The notes under the pieces: model-generated
Told to the model about the DNA's origin: nothing
Database searches by the model: none
Seen by the model: the letters and a program-made list of their open reading frames with translations, nothing else
Source: Bacilli bacterium
Lineage (GTDB): Bacteria; Bacillota_I; Bacilli_A; RFN20; CAG-826
Length of the DNA: 64,000 bases
Assembly: GCA_017454295.1 (NCBI GenBank)
Contig: JAFTDF010000004.1
Location: forward strand, 118,776-182,775
Direction of reading: 5' to 3'
In this document: positions 27,064-36,353 of the stretch, in pieces
How positions within the stretch are numbered: the stretch's first letter is position 1
Layout of the letters: each line of letters starts with the position of its first letter
Program-made: the position numbers and the translations under genes

Positions 27064-27810
27064 ATGGGCTATCAAGAAAAGAACATCCAAACCATCGAAC
27101 GCTGGATCGAAGAAGGTTGGCGTTGGGGTATCCCCATCGACCACACGACCTTTGAACGGGCCAAAGACGGCGATTTCGAAATGCTATTAACCCCCACTCG
27201 TCCCATCCCCCATACTTGGCTTGGGGACCTACAGGGGAAACGGGTGCTTGGATTAGCCGCCGGCGGTGGCCAGCAAATGGCCCTATGCGCCGCCATGGGC
27301 GCCAAATGCACCGTTCTGGACTATTCGGCAAAGCAATTAGAAGCGGACGCCTCTATCGCCAAACGGGAAGGTTATGAAATCACCCTCGTCCAAGCGGATA
27401 TGTCCAAACCCCTGCCCTTCGAAGACGAATCGTTCGATCTCATCATCCATCCCGTCTCCAATTGCTATATCGAAGAAGTTTTGCCTCTTTGGAAAGAATG
27501 CCGTCGTGTATTAAAACCGGGAGGCCGTCTTTTATCCGGCCTCGATATTGGGACCAATTACATCGTCGACGAAAACGAAGAGCGGGTCATCAACCACCTC
27601 CCCTTCAATCCCCTTCGCGATGTCGAACAAGCAGCTCAACTAGAACAACAAGATGGCGGCATCCAATTCAGCCACACCATTGACGAACAGCTTCGGGGCC
27701 AATTACAAGCGGGTTTTATTTTGATTGACTTATTCGAAGACTATAACGAAGAAGGCCGATTGGCCGAACTTCATATTCCTTCTTTTGTTGCCACTTACGC
27801 GAAAAAATAA
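27064..27810 (+). CDS. class I SAM-dependent methyltransferase
   Basis: Motif I VLGLAAGGG, acidic post-I LDYS, motif IV-like DLII, then LKPGGRLL. Confidence 0.8.
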   Translation: MGYQEKNIQTIERWIEEGWRWGIPIDHTTFERAKDGDFEMLLTPTRPIPHTWLGDLQGKRVLGLAAGGGQQMALCAAMGAKCTVLDYSAKQLEADASIAKREGYEITLVQADMSKPLPFEDESFDLIIHPVSNCYIEEVLPLWKECRRVLKPGGRLLSGLDIGTNYIVDENEERVINHLPFNPLRDVEQAAQLEQQDGGIQFSHTIDEQLRGQLQAGFILIDLFEDYNEEGRLAELHIPSFVATYAKK

Positions 27811-27823
27811 GCTGGTTTTGCGC

Positions 27824-29641
27824 CTATTCTTTGCAATCTGCAAGGAAAACAAGCGAGTTTTCGTAACCGGCTTCAAGACGACTATTGGTGAGTTTTTCCG
27901 GATGGAAGCCCACATAGAAAGCCAGTTCGGCGGAAAGGCCAATGAAATAAGACCCAGGGAATAATAGCCAAGGCAAAACGCCGTTATAGCCGATGGCGGC
28001 CCCACCGATGGCTTGAAAGACAAAAGCGAATACATAGAAGCAAAGTTCCGCCCCCACCACTTGGGGATCGACGTGGCGGATCAAACAATACAACACCAAG
28101 CCGATCAAATAGAGCAGGCCCACGCCTTCGACGATGAAATAACCAGCAAAGGAATAACCGAGGAACAACGCGATATTCAAAATCAGGATCATGGCATAGC
28201 TGCAAGCCCGTAACCAAGGGAACCCTTGTTTCGGGGGATAGGCGACTTTGGTGGTTTCTTCTTTCAAATGGTTGGGACTAAGCCAGGGGAGGATCACGAT
28301 GAAGGCATAGCCGATGCTTTCCACCATCGCGTCGAAAAGGGAGGCGCTTTCGATGAAGCCGCGTGCCACCAAAGGCAAAGCCAAAATCAAATAAAAGACA
28401 TGGTCCTTCATCGCGCCTTTGCAGGAACGGGCGAAGCGATAACCAAGATATCCTAGCAAAGCCCCGAAAGCGGCCAATCTCAATAAGCCACCGCGTCCCA
28501 AGATTTCCAAAGCGACATTATGGGCCGTGCCATAGGAAGGCACATCCATGGCCACCGACATCAAATAGGAATAAATGACGTCCCCTTGGCCAAATAGCCA
28601 ATACACGGTCCCTTGATTGGTGAGGGCAAGCGAATCCTTCCAGATCGCCGCACGCGTGCCGACATTCGACCCTTCCCCGTTTTGAAAGAAAGAGGCCAAG
28701 GCGTTCCAGAAGGAAGCAAAGAAATTGGGTTTAGCGATGGCAAGCACCACCACACCGACAACGCCCACGGCAACGATGCCTAAGGGAATCGCCGCCTTCT
28801 TCCACGCGAAGGTTTTCTCTTGCTTGCGCCGGATGAGACGATAAACCATCAAAGAGGCGATGACGAAGACGGCCATCAGCAAGGAGGCTTTGCTGCCGGA
28901 GAAAAGAATCATCACGGCAAAGAAGACCATCATCAAATAACGCCACGGGCGGCCAAAACGTTCTAGTAACGCGGCCTCGGCGAATAAGGCCAGCAGCAAA
29001 TAATTCCCATACACGTTTTTACTGCCGGTATAGGAAACGATATTCGCGGAGAAAATGCCCTCGTTTAAGGCTTTGCCATATTCCCCCGCTTCGGTAAAGA
29101 GGCTATAAAGGGCCATCGATAGGCCTAGAAGAATCAAAATCTCATAGATCCAGGACCCACTATATTTGTTCTTTTTCCCGGCGGGGAAGAAACTGAAAAA
29201 CAAAAACAGCGTGAAACTCGTCAACACCCCGGAGACGAAAGCCTGCCCGGCGATTTGGTATTGATAATCGGGAATGGTGATGGACCCTTTGACGCCGGTG
29301 AAGGAATAGAAATTCTTATGGCAAAGCACGGCAATGAGGTTCCCGATGCCATAAACGGCGAAAATCCCCAAGAGCACATAGTCGATTTTGACATGGAAGA
29401 CCCTGATACCCATGAAGACATAAACGACCCCGACCAAAAAGGCGGCGGCGGCGAGGGTATAGAAGACCTCCAAGCGATAGAGATATTGGAATTCCGGGGT
29501 GAAACGGAATAACGGGATTTGGATAGCACAGCAAGAAAACACGGCGAACATCACAAACAGGAATTGATACCAAAAATAAGGCAATTCCGCGGCGGTCTCA
29601 GATCGAGTTGCATAACGTTGTTTCGCGCGTGCAAATAGCAT
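27824..29641 (-). CDS. O-antigen ligase / Wzy_C-family polytopic membrane protein (605 aa)
   Basis: More than 12 TM helices with a central loop carrying LFSGSKASLL, which is O-antigen-ligase-like. Confidence 0.6.
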   Translation of the reverse strand: MLFARAKQRYATRSETAAELPYFWYQFLFVMFAVFSCCAIQIPLFRFTPEFQYLYRLEVFYTLAAAAFLVGVVYVFMGIRVFHVKIDYVLLGIFAVYGIGNLIAVLCHKNFYSFTGVKGSITIPDYQYQIAGQAFVSGVLTSFTLFLFFSFFPAGKKNKYSGSWIYEILILLGLSMALYSLFTEAGEYGKALNEGIFSANIVSYTGSKNVYGNYLLLALFAEAALLERFGRPWRYLMMVFFAVMILFSGSKASLLMAVFVIASLMVYRLIRRKQEKTFAWKKAAIPLGIVAVGVVGVVVLAIAKPNFFASFWNALASFFQNGEGSNVGTRAAIWKDSLALTNQGTVYWLFGQGDVIYSYLMSVAMDVPSYGTAHNVALEILGRGGLLRLAAFGALLGYLGYRFARSCKGAMKDHVFYLILALPLVARGFIESASLFDAMVESIGYAFIVILPWLSPNHLKEETTKVAYPPKQGFPWLRACSYAMILILNIALFLGYSFAGYFIVEGVGLLYLIGLVLYCLIRHVDPQVVGAELCFYVFAFVFQAIGGAAIGYNGVLPWLLFPGSYFIGLSAELAFYVGFHPEKLTNSRLEAGYENSLVFLADCKE

Positions 29642-29687
29642 GACAATAGGATAGTCACCTTTTCCTTCAATTTCAAACTACCCAGGA

Positions 29688-29723
29688 GGAAAAAGAAAAA
29701 CACGCACCGCCAGACGATGCGTG
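29688..29723 (-). terminator. intrinsic terminator downstream of the tRNA-Leu/tRNA-Arg pair (9-bp stem CACGCATCG/CGGTGCGTG then TTTTTCTTTTT on the minus strand)
   Basis: Stem-loop and T-run seen directly. The plus strand also carries a T-run, so it may be bidirectional. Confidence 0.6.
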
Positions 29724-29735
29724 ATTACTTCTTTT

Positions 29736-29812
29736 TGGCGCGCCCGAGCCGACTCGAACGGCTGGCCTCAACCTTCGGAGGGTTGCACTCTATCCAACTG
29801 AGCTACGAGCGC
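29736..29812 (-). tRNA. tRNA-Arg (anticodon CCG), CCA encoded
   Basis: Minus-strand read GCGCTCGTAGCTCAGTTGGATAGAGTGCAACCCTCCGAAGGTTGAGGCCAGCCGTTCGAGTCGGCTCGGGCGCGCCA. Confidence 0.8.
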
Positions 29813-29819
29813 GTATGTA

Positions 29820-29906
29820 TGGTGCCCAAGGTGAGATTTGAACTCGCACTGCTGTTAACAACTCGCCCCTGAAACGAGCGCGTCTACCGTTCCGCCACTT
29901 GGGCAC
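29820..29906 (-). tRNA. tRNA-Leu (anticodon CAG), class II, CCA encoded
   Basis: Minus-strand read GTGCCCAAGTGGCGGAACGGTAGACGCGCTCGTTTCAGGGGCGAG...GTTCAAATCTCACCTTGGGCACCA. Anticodon loop TTCAGGG with U33 and G37. Confidence 0.75.
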
Positions 29907-29922
29907 GTGCACTACTATACCC

Positions 29923-30849
29923 TTATCGGAGGAAAAAGTCGATTATGGCTTTGATGATTTCCGGATCGTCTTGGTTGAGACGACGATAGTCGATTTCATA
30001 GCCGGCCTCACGGTCCACTGCGGCCATCTTTCGTTTTTGGAACACTTCCTCGTAATAGGCGCAAGAGGCATCCGTCCAATAGGGTTGATGTCCCCTGCCT
30101 TTGACTTCGAGGAAATGCACTTTGGGATTGGTGACGTGCTTTTGGAAATGGTAGAGGCATTCCGCGGTCAAACAAGTCGTATCCTTCTCCCCTTGGATAT
30201 AGAGGACTTCCGCCTCGGCTTGATTGAGTAAATCGGTGGCATCCACAACCCCCACTTCCCCATAATGACGACGGAGATAGCGGCACAATGGTCGATGGAG
30301 TTTTTTCACCGCCGGGGAGGCCCATTCCATAATGGAGGGGATGGAACGGAAGCCGGCGATGGAAACGACTTTTACCACGTGATATTGCTTTTGCAAAGCT
30401 AATAACGCGGCAAATCCGCCCCAAGAATGCCCAAAGGCATAACGGGACAAGCCTTGGGCCAAAGGCTCTTGGTCCAAAAATGCAAAGAAGGCTTGTTGGT
30501 CAAGTCCCACTTGCGCCAAGTTGCCGATGCCTTTGCCTTCCGACATCATCGAGCCGGTGTTGTCATAGGCATAGACGAGGAATCCTTGCTTTGCCATGGC
30601 GCAGATCTCTTGGGTATAGGATTCATGTCCCGCCCCGATGCCGTGGAAAAAGACCATGACGCCCCGATAGGGACCGTTGCCATAGAAGTAACGCTTCCCA
30701 TACAGGCGGTTATTGCCGGAGAGGAAGGAAAAAGAGGTGTTTTCTGCGCCGAAATCCCGCCCTTTGAAGTAGCGGATTTGAGGAGCGCCATCACCCCGAT
30801 ATCCGAGGGCTTTGGCGATATTTCGACCGATGATCCACTCCAAAATCAT
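29923..30849 (-). CDS. alpha/beta-fold hydrolase (dienelactone-hydrolase / S9-like)
   Basis: Nucleophile elbow GHSWGG and an HGIGAGHE oxyanion region. The ATG at 30849 overlaps the GH3 stop (ATGA). The track TTG extension was rejected. Confidence 0.7.
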   Translation of the reverse strand: MILEWIIGRNIAKALGYRGDGAPQIRYFKGRDFGAENTSFSFLSGNNRLYGKRYFYGNGPYRGVMVFFHGIGAGHESYTQEICAMAKQGFLVYAYDNTGSMMSEGKGIGNLAQVGLDQQAFFAFLDQEPLAQGLSRYAFGHSWGGFAALLALQKQYHVVKVVSIAGFRSIPSIMEWASPAVKKLHRPLCRYLRRHYGEVGVVDATDLLNQAEAEVLYIQGEKDTTCLTAECLYHFQKHVTNPKVHFLEVKGRGHQPYWTDASCAYYEEVFQKRKMAAVDREAGYEIDYRRLNQDDPEIIKAIIDFFLR

Positions 30850-33230
30850 TTGCGGCGCACCGGGACAAAGAAGTGCCAAATCGCCCGTAGATAATGGCCA
30901 TTGGCGGCATCGATGACCGCTTGGATCATCTTGGGGCGGAGTCCGCCCATGGATAAGTTACGAAGCGGCATCTCGTAGAGGAAGCGTTCCATGTCCTTGC
31001 GAACGCCCCCTTCTCCGGTAAAACGTTTCCGGAAGGCTTTGATGATGGTTTTCCCAACCAAGGTATAACGGGTATTCTCAATCGTGGAATTCCGATTGAA
31101 AGGACGGTTGCTGCGGTCGCGTTCGACGGGAATGGTATGGCCTAGAAGCTCTTCGAAGTCGTTATCGTAGGAGAGGAAGCCGTCTTCGGGAAGATGGTAA
31201 TAGACTGGGCAACGGGCTCTTAAGGAAGGGCAAACGTCATCGCTTAAAACATTCAGTTTGACTTGGCTGCGGACGGCGGTGCAGTCATCGCAAAGTTGGA
31301 TCGCGTATTCGCCCGCTTCGACCTTCCAGCAGCTCTCAGCGATATCGTAATGGGCGAAATCCTCATAACGGATTTCCAGATGGACGGTTTTGCGCTCCCC
31401 GGGTTCTAAGGCCACTTTCTTAAACGCGATTAAGGTACGAAGGGGCTTAAAGACGTTTTGTTTGGGTGGCTCTTGGTAGATTTGCACCAAGGCCTTGCCG
31501 CTGATTAAGGAGACGTTTTCGACTTCCACGGCGACATCAAGGAGTTCCCCCTTGCCGATTTTCTTCGCCGAAATCGCGGGGGCGCCGTATTTGAATTTGG
31601 CATAGCTTAAGCCATGGCCAAAGGGATAATTGACCTCTTTCCCACTGGAAAGATAGTAACGGTAACCGACATAAATCGATTCGCGGTATAAGGAGACGGC
31701 CTCGGCCCCAGGATAAAAACCAAAGGAAGGCACGTCATAAGCCCGCCGCGGCCAGGTCTCGGCCAAATGGCCGGAAGGCGAGGCTTTGCCTAAGAGAATG
31801 CGGTAGATGGCTTCGCCACCCCCTTCTCCCGGCAAATAGGTCAATAAGATGGCCTTGGCCTTGTCTTTAAAGGGCAATTCCACCGGCGCCCCGACATTAA
31901 GGACGACAATGATGTTCTGATTGACTTCGTAGATTTGGTTGAACAAGGAAATCTGTTCTTCAGGCAAATGCAAATCGGCGCGGTCATAACCTTCGCTTTC
32001 GTCGGTATGGTCGAGCCCCATGAACAAGATGACGCGACCGCCACGGGAGGCCAAGTCGACGGCATCGATGGCCAGTTTCTCATCATCGGGTTTTCCATCG
32101 AGTCGATAGCCCGGGGCGAAGAAGGTCGAGGTTTCCCCGTTCCAAGTGATGGCGCTGCCTAAGAAGGTATTCACATGGATCGGCGTTAATTTGGAGGAAC
32201 CGCCCCCTTGGAAATTGGGGGTGCGGGCAAGTTCGCCGATAATGCAGGTTTGCTTTAAGGAGCGAAGTGGCAAAATACCCTCGTTTTTCAATAAGACGCA
32301 AGATTCGGTCGCGGCTTTGATGGATAATTCGTGGGCCTCGCTTTCGCGGCAATGCTCGTAACGGACCTTACTATGGCAACGATTGAGCAATTTCACGATC
32401 CGTTCCACCGAATCGTCCACCGCCTCTTTCGCAAGCACGCCCGTCGACATCGCCCGTTTCAATTGAATTTGCCGGGAATAAGGACCGGGCATTTCGATAT
32501 CCAAACCATGGTTATGGGAGAGGATGTAATCATTGGTGCCGCCCCAATCCGACATCACGACGCCGTCGAATTTCCATTCGCCTTTGAGGATATCTTTGAG
32601 CAAATAGTCGTTATCCGAAGCATAGACCCCGTTGATTTTGTTATACGAGGACATGATCGACCAAGGATGGCCTTCCTTGACGGCGATTTCGAAGGGCTTG
32701 AGATAGATTTCGTGGAGGGCCCTTTGGTCGACGATGGAGTCGTTGATCATGCGGTGCCCTTCTTGGTTATTGCAGGCAAAATGCTTTAGACACGCCCCAA
32801 CGCCTTGGCTTTGGATGCCCGAAACAAAAGCGGCGCCTAGTTTCCCCGCCACGAGGGGATCCTCGGAATAATATTCGAAATTACGGCCGCAGAGGGGATT
32901 GCGTTTGATATTGATGCCAGGGGCCAAGAGCAAATGGGTGCCCGCATCGCGGCAGATCCGACCCATGGTTTTACCGACTTCGGTGACCAATTCTTCGTCA
33001 AAGCTTGAGGCCAAAGCGCAGGGCCCGGGGAAGCAAACCGAGGGCTCGCTTTTGGCATCGCCCACCGTGGATTCGTCTTTAAAGCGGACGAGGCCAAAGG
33101 GACCGTCGTGGACTTCGACGTCTTCGATCCCCAGCCGGGGAATTCCATGGAAATGCCAATTGCCCTGGCCATAAAGCAAAGCGGCTTTTTCGCCAGGATG
33201 CAAGGTATCGAGTTTCTTTTTGCGTGCCAT
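30846..33230 (-). CDS. glycoside hydrolase family 3 beta-glucosidase (BglX-like)
   Basis: GH3 motifs KHFACNNQE and GVVMSDWGG, plus a C-terminal Fn3-like domain. Start set at the internal ATG (MARKKKLDTLHPGEKAALLYGQGNWHF). Confidence 0.85.
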   Translation of the reverse strand: MARKKKLDTLHPGEKAALLYGQGNWHFHGIPRLGIEDVEVHDGPFGLVRFKDESTVGDAKSEPSVCFPGPCALASSFDEELVTEVGKTMGRICRDAGTHLLLAPGINIKRNPLCGRNFEYYSEDPLVAGKLGAAFVSGIQSQGVGACLKHFACNNQEGHRMINDSIVDQRALHEIYLKPFEIAVKEGHPWSIMSSYNKINGVYASDNDYLLKDILKGEWKFDGVVMSDWGGTNDYILSHNHGLDIEMPGPYSRQIQLKRAMSTGVLAKEAVDDSVERIVKLLNRCHSKVRYEHCRESEAHELSIKAATESCVLLKNEGILPLRSLKQTCIIGELARTPNFQGGGSSKLTPIHVNTFLGSAITWNGETSTFFAPGYRLDGKPDDEKLAIDAVDLASRGGRVILFMGLDHTDESEGYDRADLHLPEEQISLFNQIYEVNQNIIVVLNVGAPVELPFKDKAKAILLTYLPGEGGGEAIYRILLGKASPSGHLAETWPRRAYDVPSFGFYPGAEAVSLYRESIYVGYRYYLSSGKEVNYPFGHGLSYAKFKYGAPAISAKKIGKGELLDVAVEVENVSLISGKALVQIYQEPPKQNVFKPLRTLIAFKKVALEPGERKTVHLEIRYEDFAHYDIAESCWKVEAGEYAIQLCDDCTAVRSQVKLNVLSDDVCPSLRARCPVYYHLPEDGFLSYDNDFEELLGHTIPVERDRSNRPFNRNSTIENTRYTLVGKTIIKAFRKRFTGEGGVRKDMERFLYEMPLRNLSMGGLRPKMIQAVIDAANGHYLRAIWHFFVPVRRK

Positions 33231-33341
33231 AACGTAGTTATTATGCGCAATTGCGCGATAAAGGTAAAGCCAAACGACCGAAATCGAAGAATATGCGTCT
33301 TCGATGCGCAGGAAAAGGAAATCCTCTACAATAGGGCCGTT

Positions 33342-33836
33342 ATGAAAAAGACCATTTATCTTGCCGGTGGATGCTTCTGGGGCGTCCAAGCCTACTTCGA
33401 TCAATTAAAAGGGGTCCTCTCGACCCGCGTGGGATACGCTAACGGCGCCACCGCCTTCCCCAAATACGAGGAAGTCAAAACCGGGAAAACCGGCCATGCC
33501 GAAACCGTAAAGATCGATTACGAGGATTCCGAAATCACCCTCACCGAACTATTGGAACATTATCTGCGTTTCGTCGATCCCTATTCTTTGAATAAGCAAG
33601 GACATGACGAAGGCACCCAATACCGCACCGGGGTCTATTACACCGATGTCCTCGATGGCGTCGATGCGGAAGTTTATCTCAATGAGAAATGCGGGAAGGA
33701 ACACAAAATCGAAATCGAGAAGATGCTGAATTTCTTCCCTGCTGAAGCCTATCACCAAGACTATTTAAAGAAAAATCCAGGTGGATATTGCCACGTGGAT
33801 TTGTCCTTAGCCAAAGCAAGCGAGAAAAAGAACTAA
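33342..33836 (+). CDS. msrA: peptide-methionine (S)-S-oxide reductase
   Basis: GCFWG active-site motif; 164 aa. Confidence 0.85.
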   Translation: MKKTIYLAGGCFWGVQAYFDQLKGVLSTRVGYANGATAFPKYEEVKTGKTGHAETVKIDYEDSEITLTELLEHYLRFVDPYSLNKQGHDEGTQYRTGVYYTDVLDGVDAEVYLNEKCGKEHKIEIEKMLNFFPAEAYHQDYLKKNPGGYCHVDLSLAKASEKKN

Positions 33837-33892
33837 GAATGAATTGAAAAACCCGCGGCTTAACGTCACGGGTCAAAGTCCAAAGAGAAAAA

Positions 33893-34522
33893 CTAGAAAA
33901 ACTCTTCTTCTAGACGTAGACAAAGATAGTGATAGATGGGTAAATGCAGTTCCTGAACCTTAAAGGTTTCGCTTTCGTCTACGGCGATGGTCATATCGGC
34001 GATTTGCTTGAGTTCGCCACCGCTTCTGCCGGTCAAACCTAAAACTTTTAAACCCAAGGCTTTGGCGCATTGGGCACCTAAAGAGACGTTGCGGGCATTC
34101 CCCGAAGTGGAGATGCCCAAAAACACATCGCCCGGCTTGCCAAGGACGTTGACTTGTTGGGCATATACGAGTTCCGCACCATGAGGGACGTCATTGGCGA
34201 AGGCGGTATTGAGCCCGGCATGATTATGCAAAGCGATGGCGGGAAAGCCTTCCTGAAGTTCATCGCATAATAGCTGGCCGTCTTTTTGTCGAAGCAAATT
34301 AGCCGCTTTCGATTGAGGCACGGTCCGTTTCTTTTTAAATCCCTTCATCAGTTCGCCGACGATATGATCGGCATCGGCGCAGCTGCCACCGTTACCGCAA
34401 ACCAAAAGCTTGCCGCCGTTTTGGTAGCACGCCTTCAAAACCGCATAAGCGGCTTCGATTTGGTCTTTGCTAGAAGCGAGGACCGGATAACGTTGTATGA
34501 GATCTTCGATGGTATATTGCAT
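33893..34522 (-). CDS. gmhA: SIS-domain phosphoheptose isomerase
   Basis: VCGNGGSCADADH motif and length match GmhA. Confidence 0.7.
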   Translation of the reverse strand: MQYTIEDLIQRYPVLASSKDQIEAAYAVLKACYQNGGKLLVCGNGGSCADADHIVGELMKGFKKKRTVPQSKAANLLRQKDGQLLCDELQEGFPAIALHNHAGLNTAFANDVPHGAELVYAQQVNVLGKPGDVFLGISTSGNARNVSLGAQCAKALGLKVLGLTGRSGGELKQIADMTIAVDESETFKVQELHLPIYHYLCLRLEEEFF

Positions 34523-35532
34523 TAATCTAAGGCTCCGTCGACGTCATAGTTCTCGGGTTGATAATAGAAGACCTGGGTCCCTTCGTTTTCGAATTGGAAG
34601 GGAACTTCCAAAAGGTCTTTGAGTTCGGTGCGAAGCGGCACACGTTTGCCATGGGGCACGTAGAAGAGGAGGAATCCCCCACCGCCGGCGCCGAGGAGTT
34701 TGCCGCCAAGGGCACCCGCTTTCAGGGCACGCTCATAGATCTTATCGATCGCCGAAGTGGAAACGGAAGAACTAAGGGATTTCTTCAATTGCCAAGATTC
34801 ATTGAGCAAGCGACCGAAATCATCGAAATCGGAGGTCGGGCTTTCCAAAATCTCTTGGGCTTTGTCCACCATCTCCAGAATCTTTTCAAGAGAAGGCTTC
34901 CGGTCCACTTTTTCCGCGAGTAAATCCTTTTGGATTTCGGAAGAGTTTCTCGTAAAGCCGGTGAAGAATAGCATCAAACGGCGATTGAGTTCTTTCTTCC
35001 TTGTCGGGGAGATGATGATGGGGTGCACCGTATAACCATGACGGTCGAAATCAATACGATTCAAGCCACCGAACGCCGCGGCGATTTGGTCTTGCCAGCC
35101 GCCCGCTTCGTTGCAAAGGGTGCGTTCTAGATAGATCGCATCGTCGGCCAATTCCTTTTTGGAACGGTATTTGCCTTTCAAGCAATAGAAAGCATTAAGC
35201 ATCCCTACCGCAAAGGAAGAGGAAGTGCCTAAGCCCGTCCGAGCCGGAAGGTCGGCATCATAAGAGAGGCGAAGCTCATGCATATCGAGCATCTTCATCG
35301 CGTTGCGGATAGCGGGATGATCGATTTCCTCGATGCTATTGACCCGTTCCGTCTGGGAATAGACGAGTTCGGTCGTATAGTCAAAGAAACGGGGCAAATG
35401 CCGAACATTGACGTAAGCATACTTATCAAAGGTGGTCGAAATGACGGCGCCCCGGCTCTTTTCGAAGAACTCAGGAATATCGGTGCCTCCGCCAAAGAAG
35501 GACATACGAAATGGCGTTCTGGTGATGATCAT
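34522..35532 (-). CDS. hddA: GHMP-family sugar kinase resembling D-glycero-D-manno-heptose 7-phosphate kinase
   Basis: N-terminus MIITRTPFRMSFFGGGTD and the GHMP ATP loop PARTGLGTSSS. Confidence 0.65.
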   Translation of the reverse strand: MIITRTPFRMSFFGGGTDIPEFFEKSRGAVISTTFDKYAYVNVRHLPRFFDYTTELVYSQTERVNSIEEIDHPAIRNAMKMLDMHELRLSYDADLPARTGLGTSSSFAVGMLNAFYCLKGKYRSKKELADDAIYLERTLCNEAGGWQDQIAAAFGGLNRIDFDRHGYTVHPIIISPTRKKELNRRLMLFFTGFTRNSSEIQKDLLAEKVDRKPSLEKILEMVDKAQEILESPTSDFDDFGRLLNESWQLKKSLSSSVSTSAIDKIYERALKAGALGGKLLGAGGGGFLLFYVPHGKRVPLRTELKDLLEVPFQFENEGTQVFYYQPENYDVDGALD

Positions 35533-35542
35533 GGTTGGAATA

Positions 35543-35571
35543 GAAAAAAGGCCGAAAGAAGACTTCCGACC
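35543..35571 (-). terminator. intrinsic terminator directly after gpmA (GGTCGGAAG-tctt-CTTTCGGCC then TTTTTTCTATT)
   Basis: Stem-loop and T-run seen on the minus strand. Confidence 0.55.
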
Positions 35572-35578
35572 ATAGGGA

Positions 35579-36289
35579 TTAGAGATAGTACTTTTGGATG
35601 ACGCTGAGGTCGGCTTCGTTGAGCTCGTAGACGAGCGGTTTGCCCGTCGGGATTTCCACGGAGATGATTTGATCGGGGGTCAGATGTTCAAGCATCATGA
35701 CGATGGCACGGAGGGAGTTGCCATGGGCGGCGATCAAGACTTTCTTCCCGGCTTTGATTTCGGGGGCGATCTTTTCGTCGAAATAGGGTTTCACACGAGC
35801 CGCGGTGTCGATGAGGCATTCGGTCAAAGGGCAATCCTCGATGGTCATTTCGCCTTTGGCGATGAGATCCTGATAGATCTTTTGGTTGCCCGGCCAGCGT
35901 TCGTCGTCCTTGGTTAAGGCAAGAGGCGGTACGTCGGCGCTACGACGCCAGATGTGGACTTGCTCGTCGCCCCACTTCTGAGCGGATTCAGCTTTGTTGA
36001 GGCCTTGAAGAGCGCCATAGTGACGTTCATTCAAACGCCAGGAATAGAATTTGGGGACGCTGTCCCATTCACCCATTTCTTTGAGGGCATATTCCATGGT
36101 TTTGTTGGCACGTTCAAGCGAAGAGGAGAAAGCGATATCGAACGAATACCCTTTCGCTTTGAGCAGTTGCCCGGCTTCGTGGGCTTCACGAACGCCTTGT
36201 TCGGAAAGGTGGACATCTGTCCAACCAGTGAAAAGATTCTTGAGGTTCCATTCGGATTGACCGTGACGGATAAGAACTAATTTGACCAT
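35579..36289 (-). CDS. gpmA: 2,3-bisphosphoglycerate-dependent phosphoglycerate mutase
   Basis: RHGQSEWN and FTGWTDVHLSEQG motifs; 236 aa. Confidence 0.9.
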   Translation of the reverse strand: MVKLVLIRHGQSEWNLKNLFTGWTDVHLSEQGVREAHEAGQLLKAKGYSFDIAFSSSLERANKTMEYALKEMGEWDSVPKFYSWRLNERHYGALQGLNKAESAQKWGDEQVHIWRRSADVPPLALTKDDERWPGNQKIYQDLIAKGEMTIEDCPLTECLIDTAARVKPYFDEKIAPEIKAGKKVLIAAHGNSLRAIVMMLEHLTPDQIISVEIPTGKPLVYELNEADLSVIQKYYL

Positions 36290-36353
36290 TTTTGGCTCCT
36301 TATTTTTCTGTGTGCAATTATAGCAAGTATGGGCGGGTGCGCAAATAAGCGCG

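Noticed and set aside
29820-29906. Alternative reading of the second minus-strand tRNA as tRNA-Sec (anticodon TCA)
   Set aside because: Taking TCA as the anticodon gives a 9-nt loop. The CAG reading gives a canonical 7-nt loop with U33/G37 and a normal 7-bp acceptor stem, so Leu(CAG) is preferred.
30850-30879. TTG-initiated N-terminal extension of the alpha/beta hydrolase
   Set aside because: It overlaps the GH3 C-terminus. An in-frame ATG forming an ATGA overlap with the GH3 stop gives a conventional coupled start.
33108-33341. 78-codon upstream extension of msrA in the track ORF
   Set aside because: It overlaps the GH3 N-terminal coding region on the other strand. MsrA homology (MKKTIYLAGGCFWG) begins at the internal ATG at 33342.
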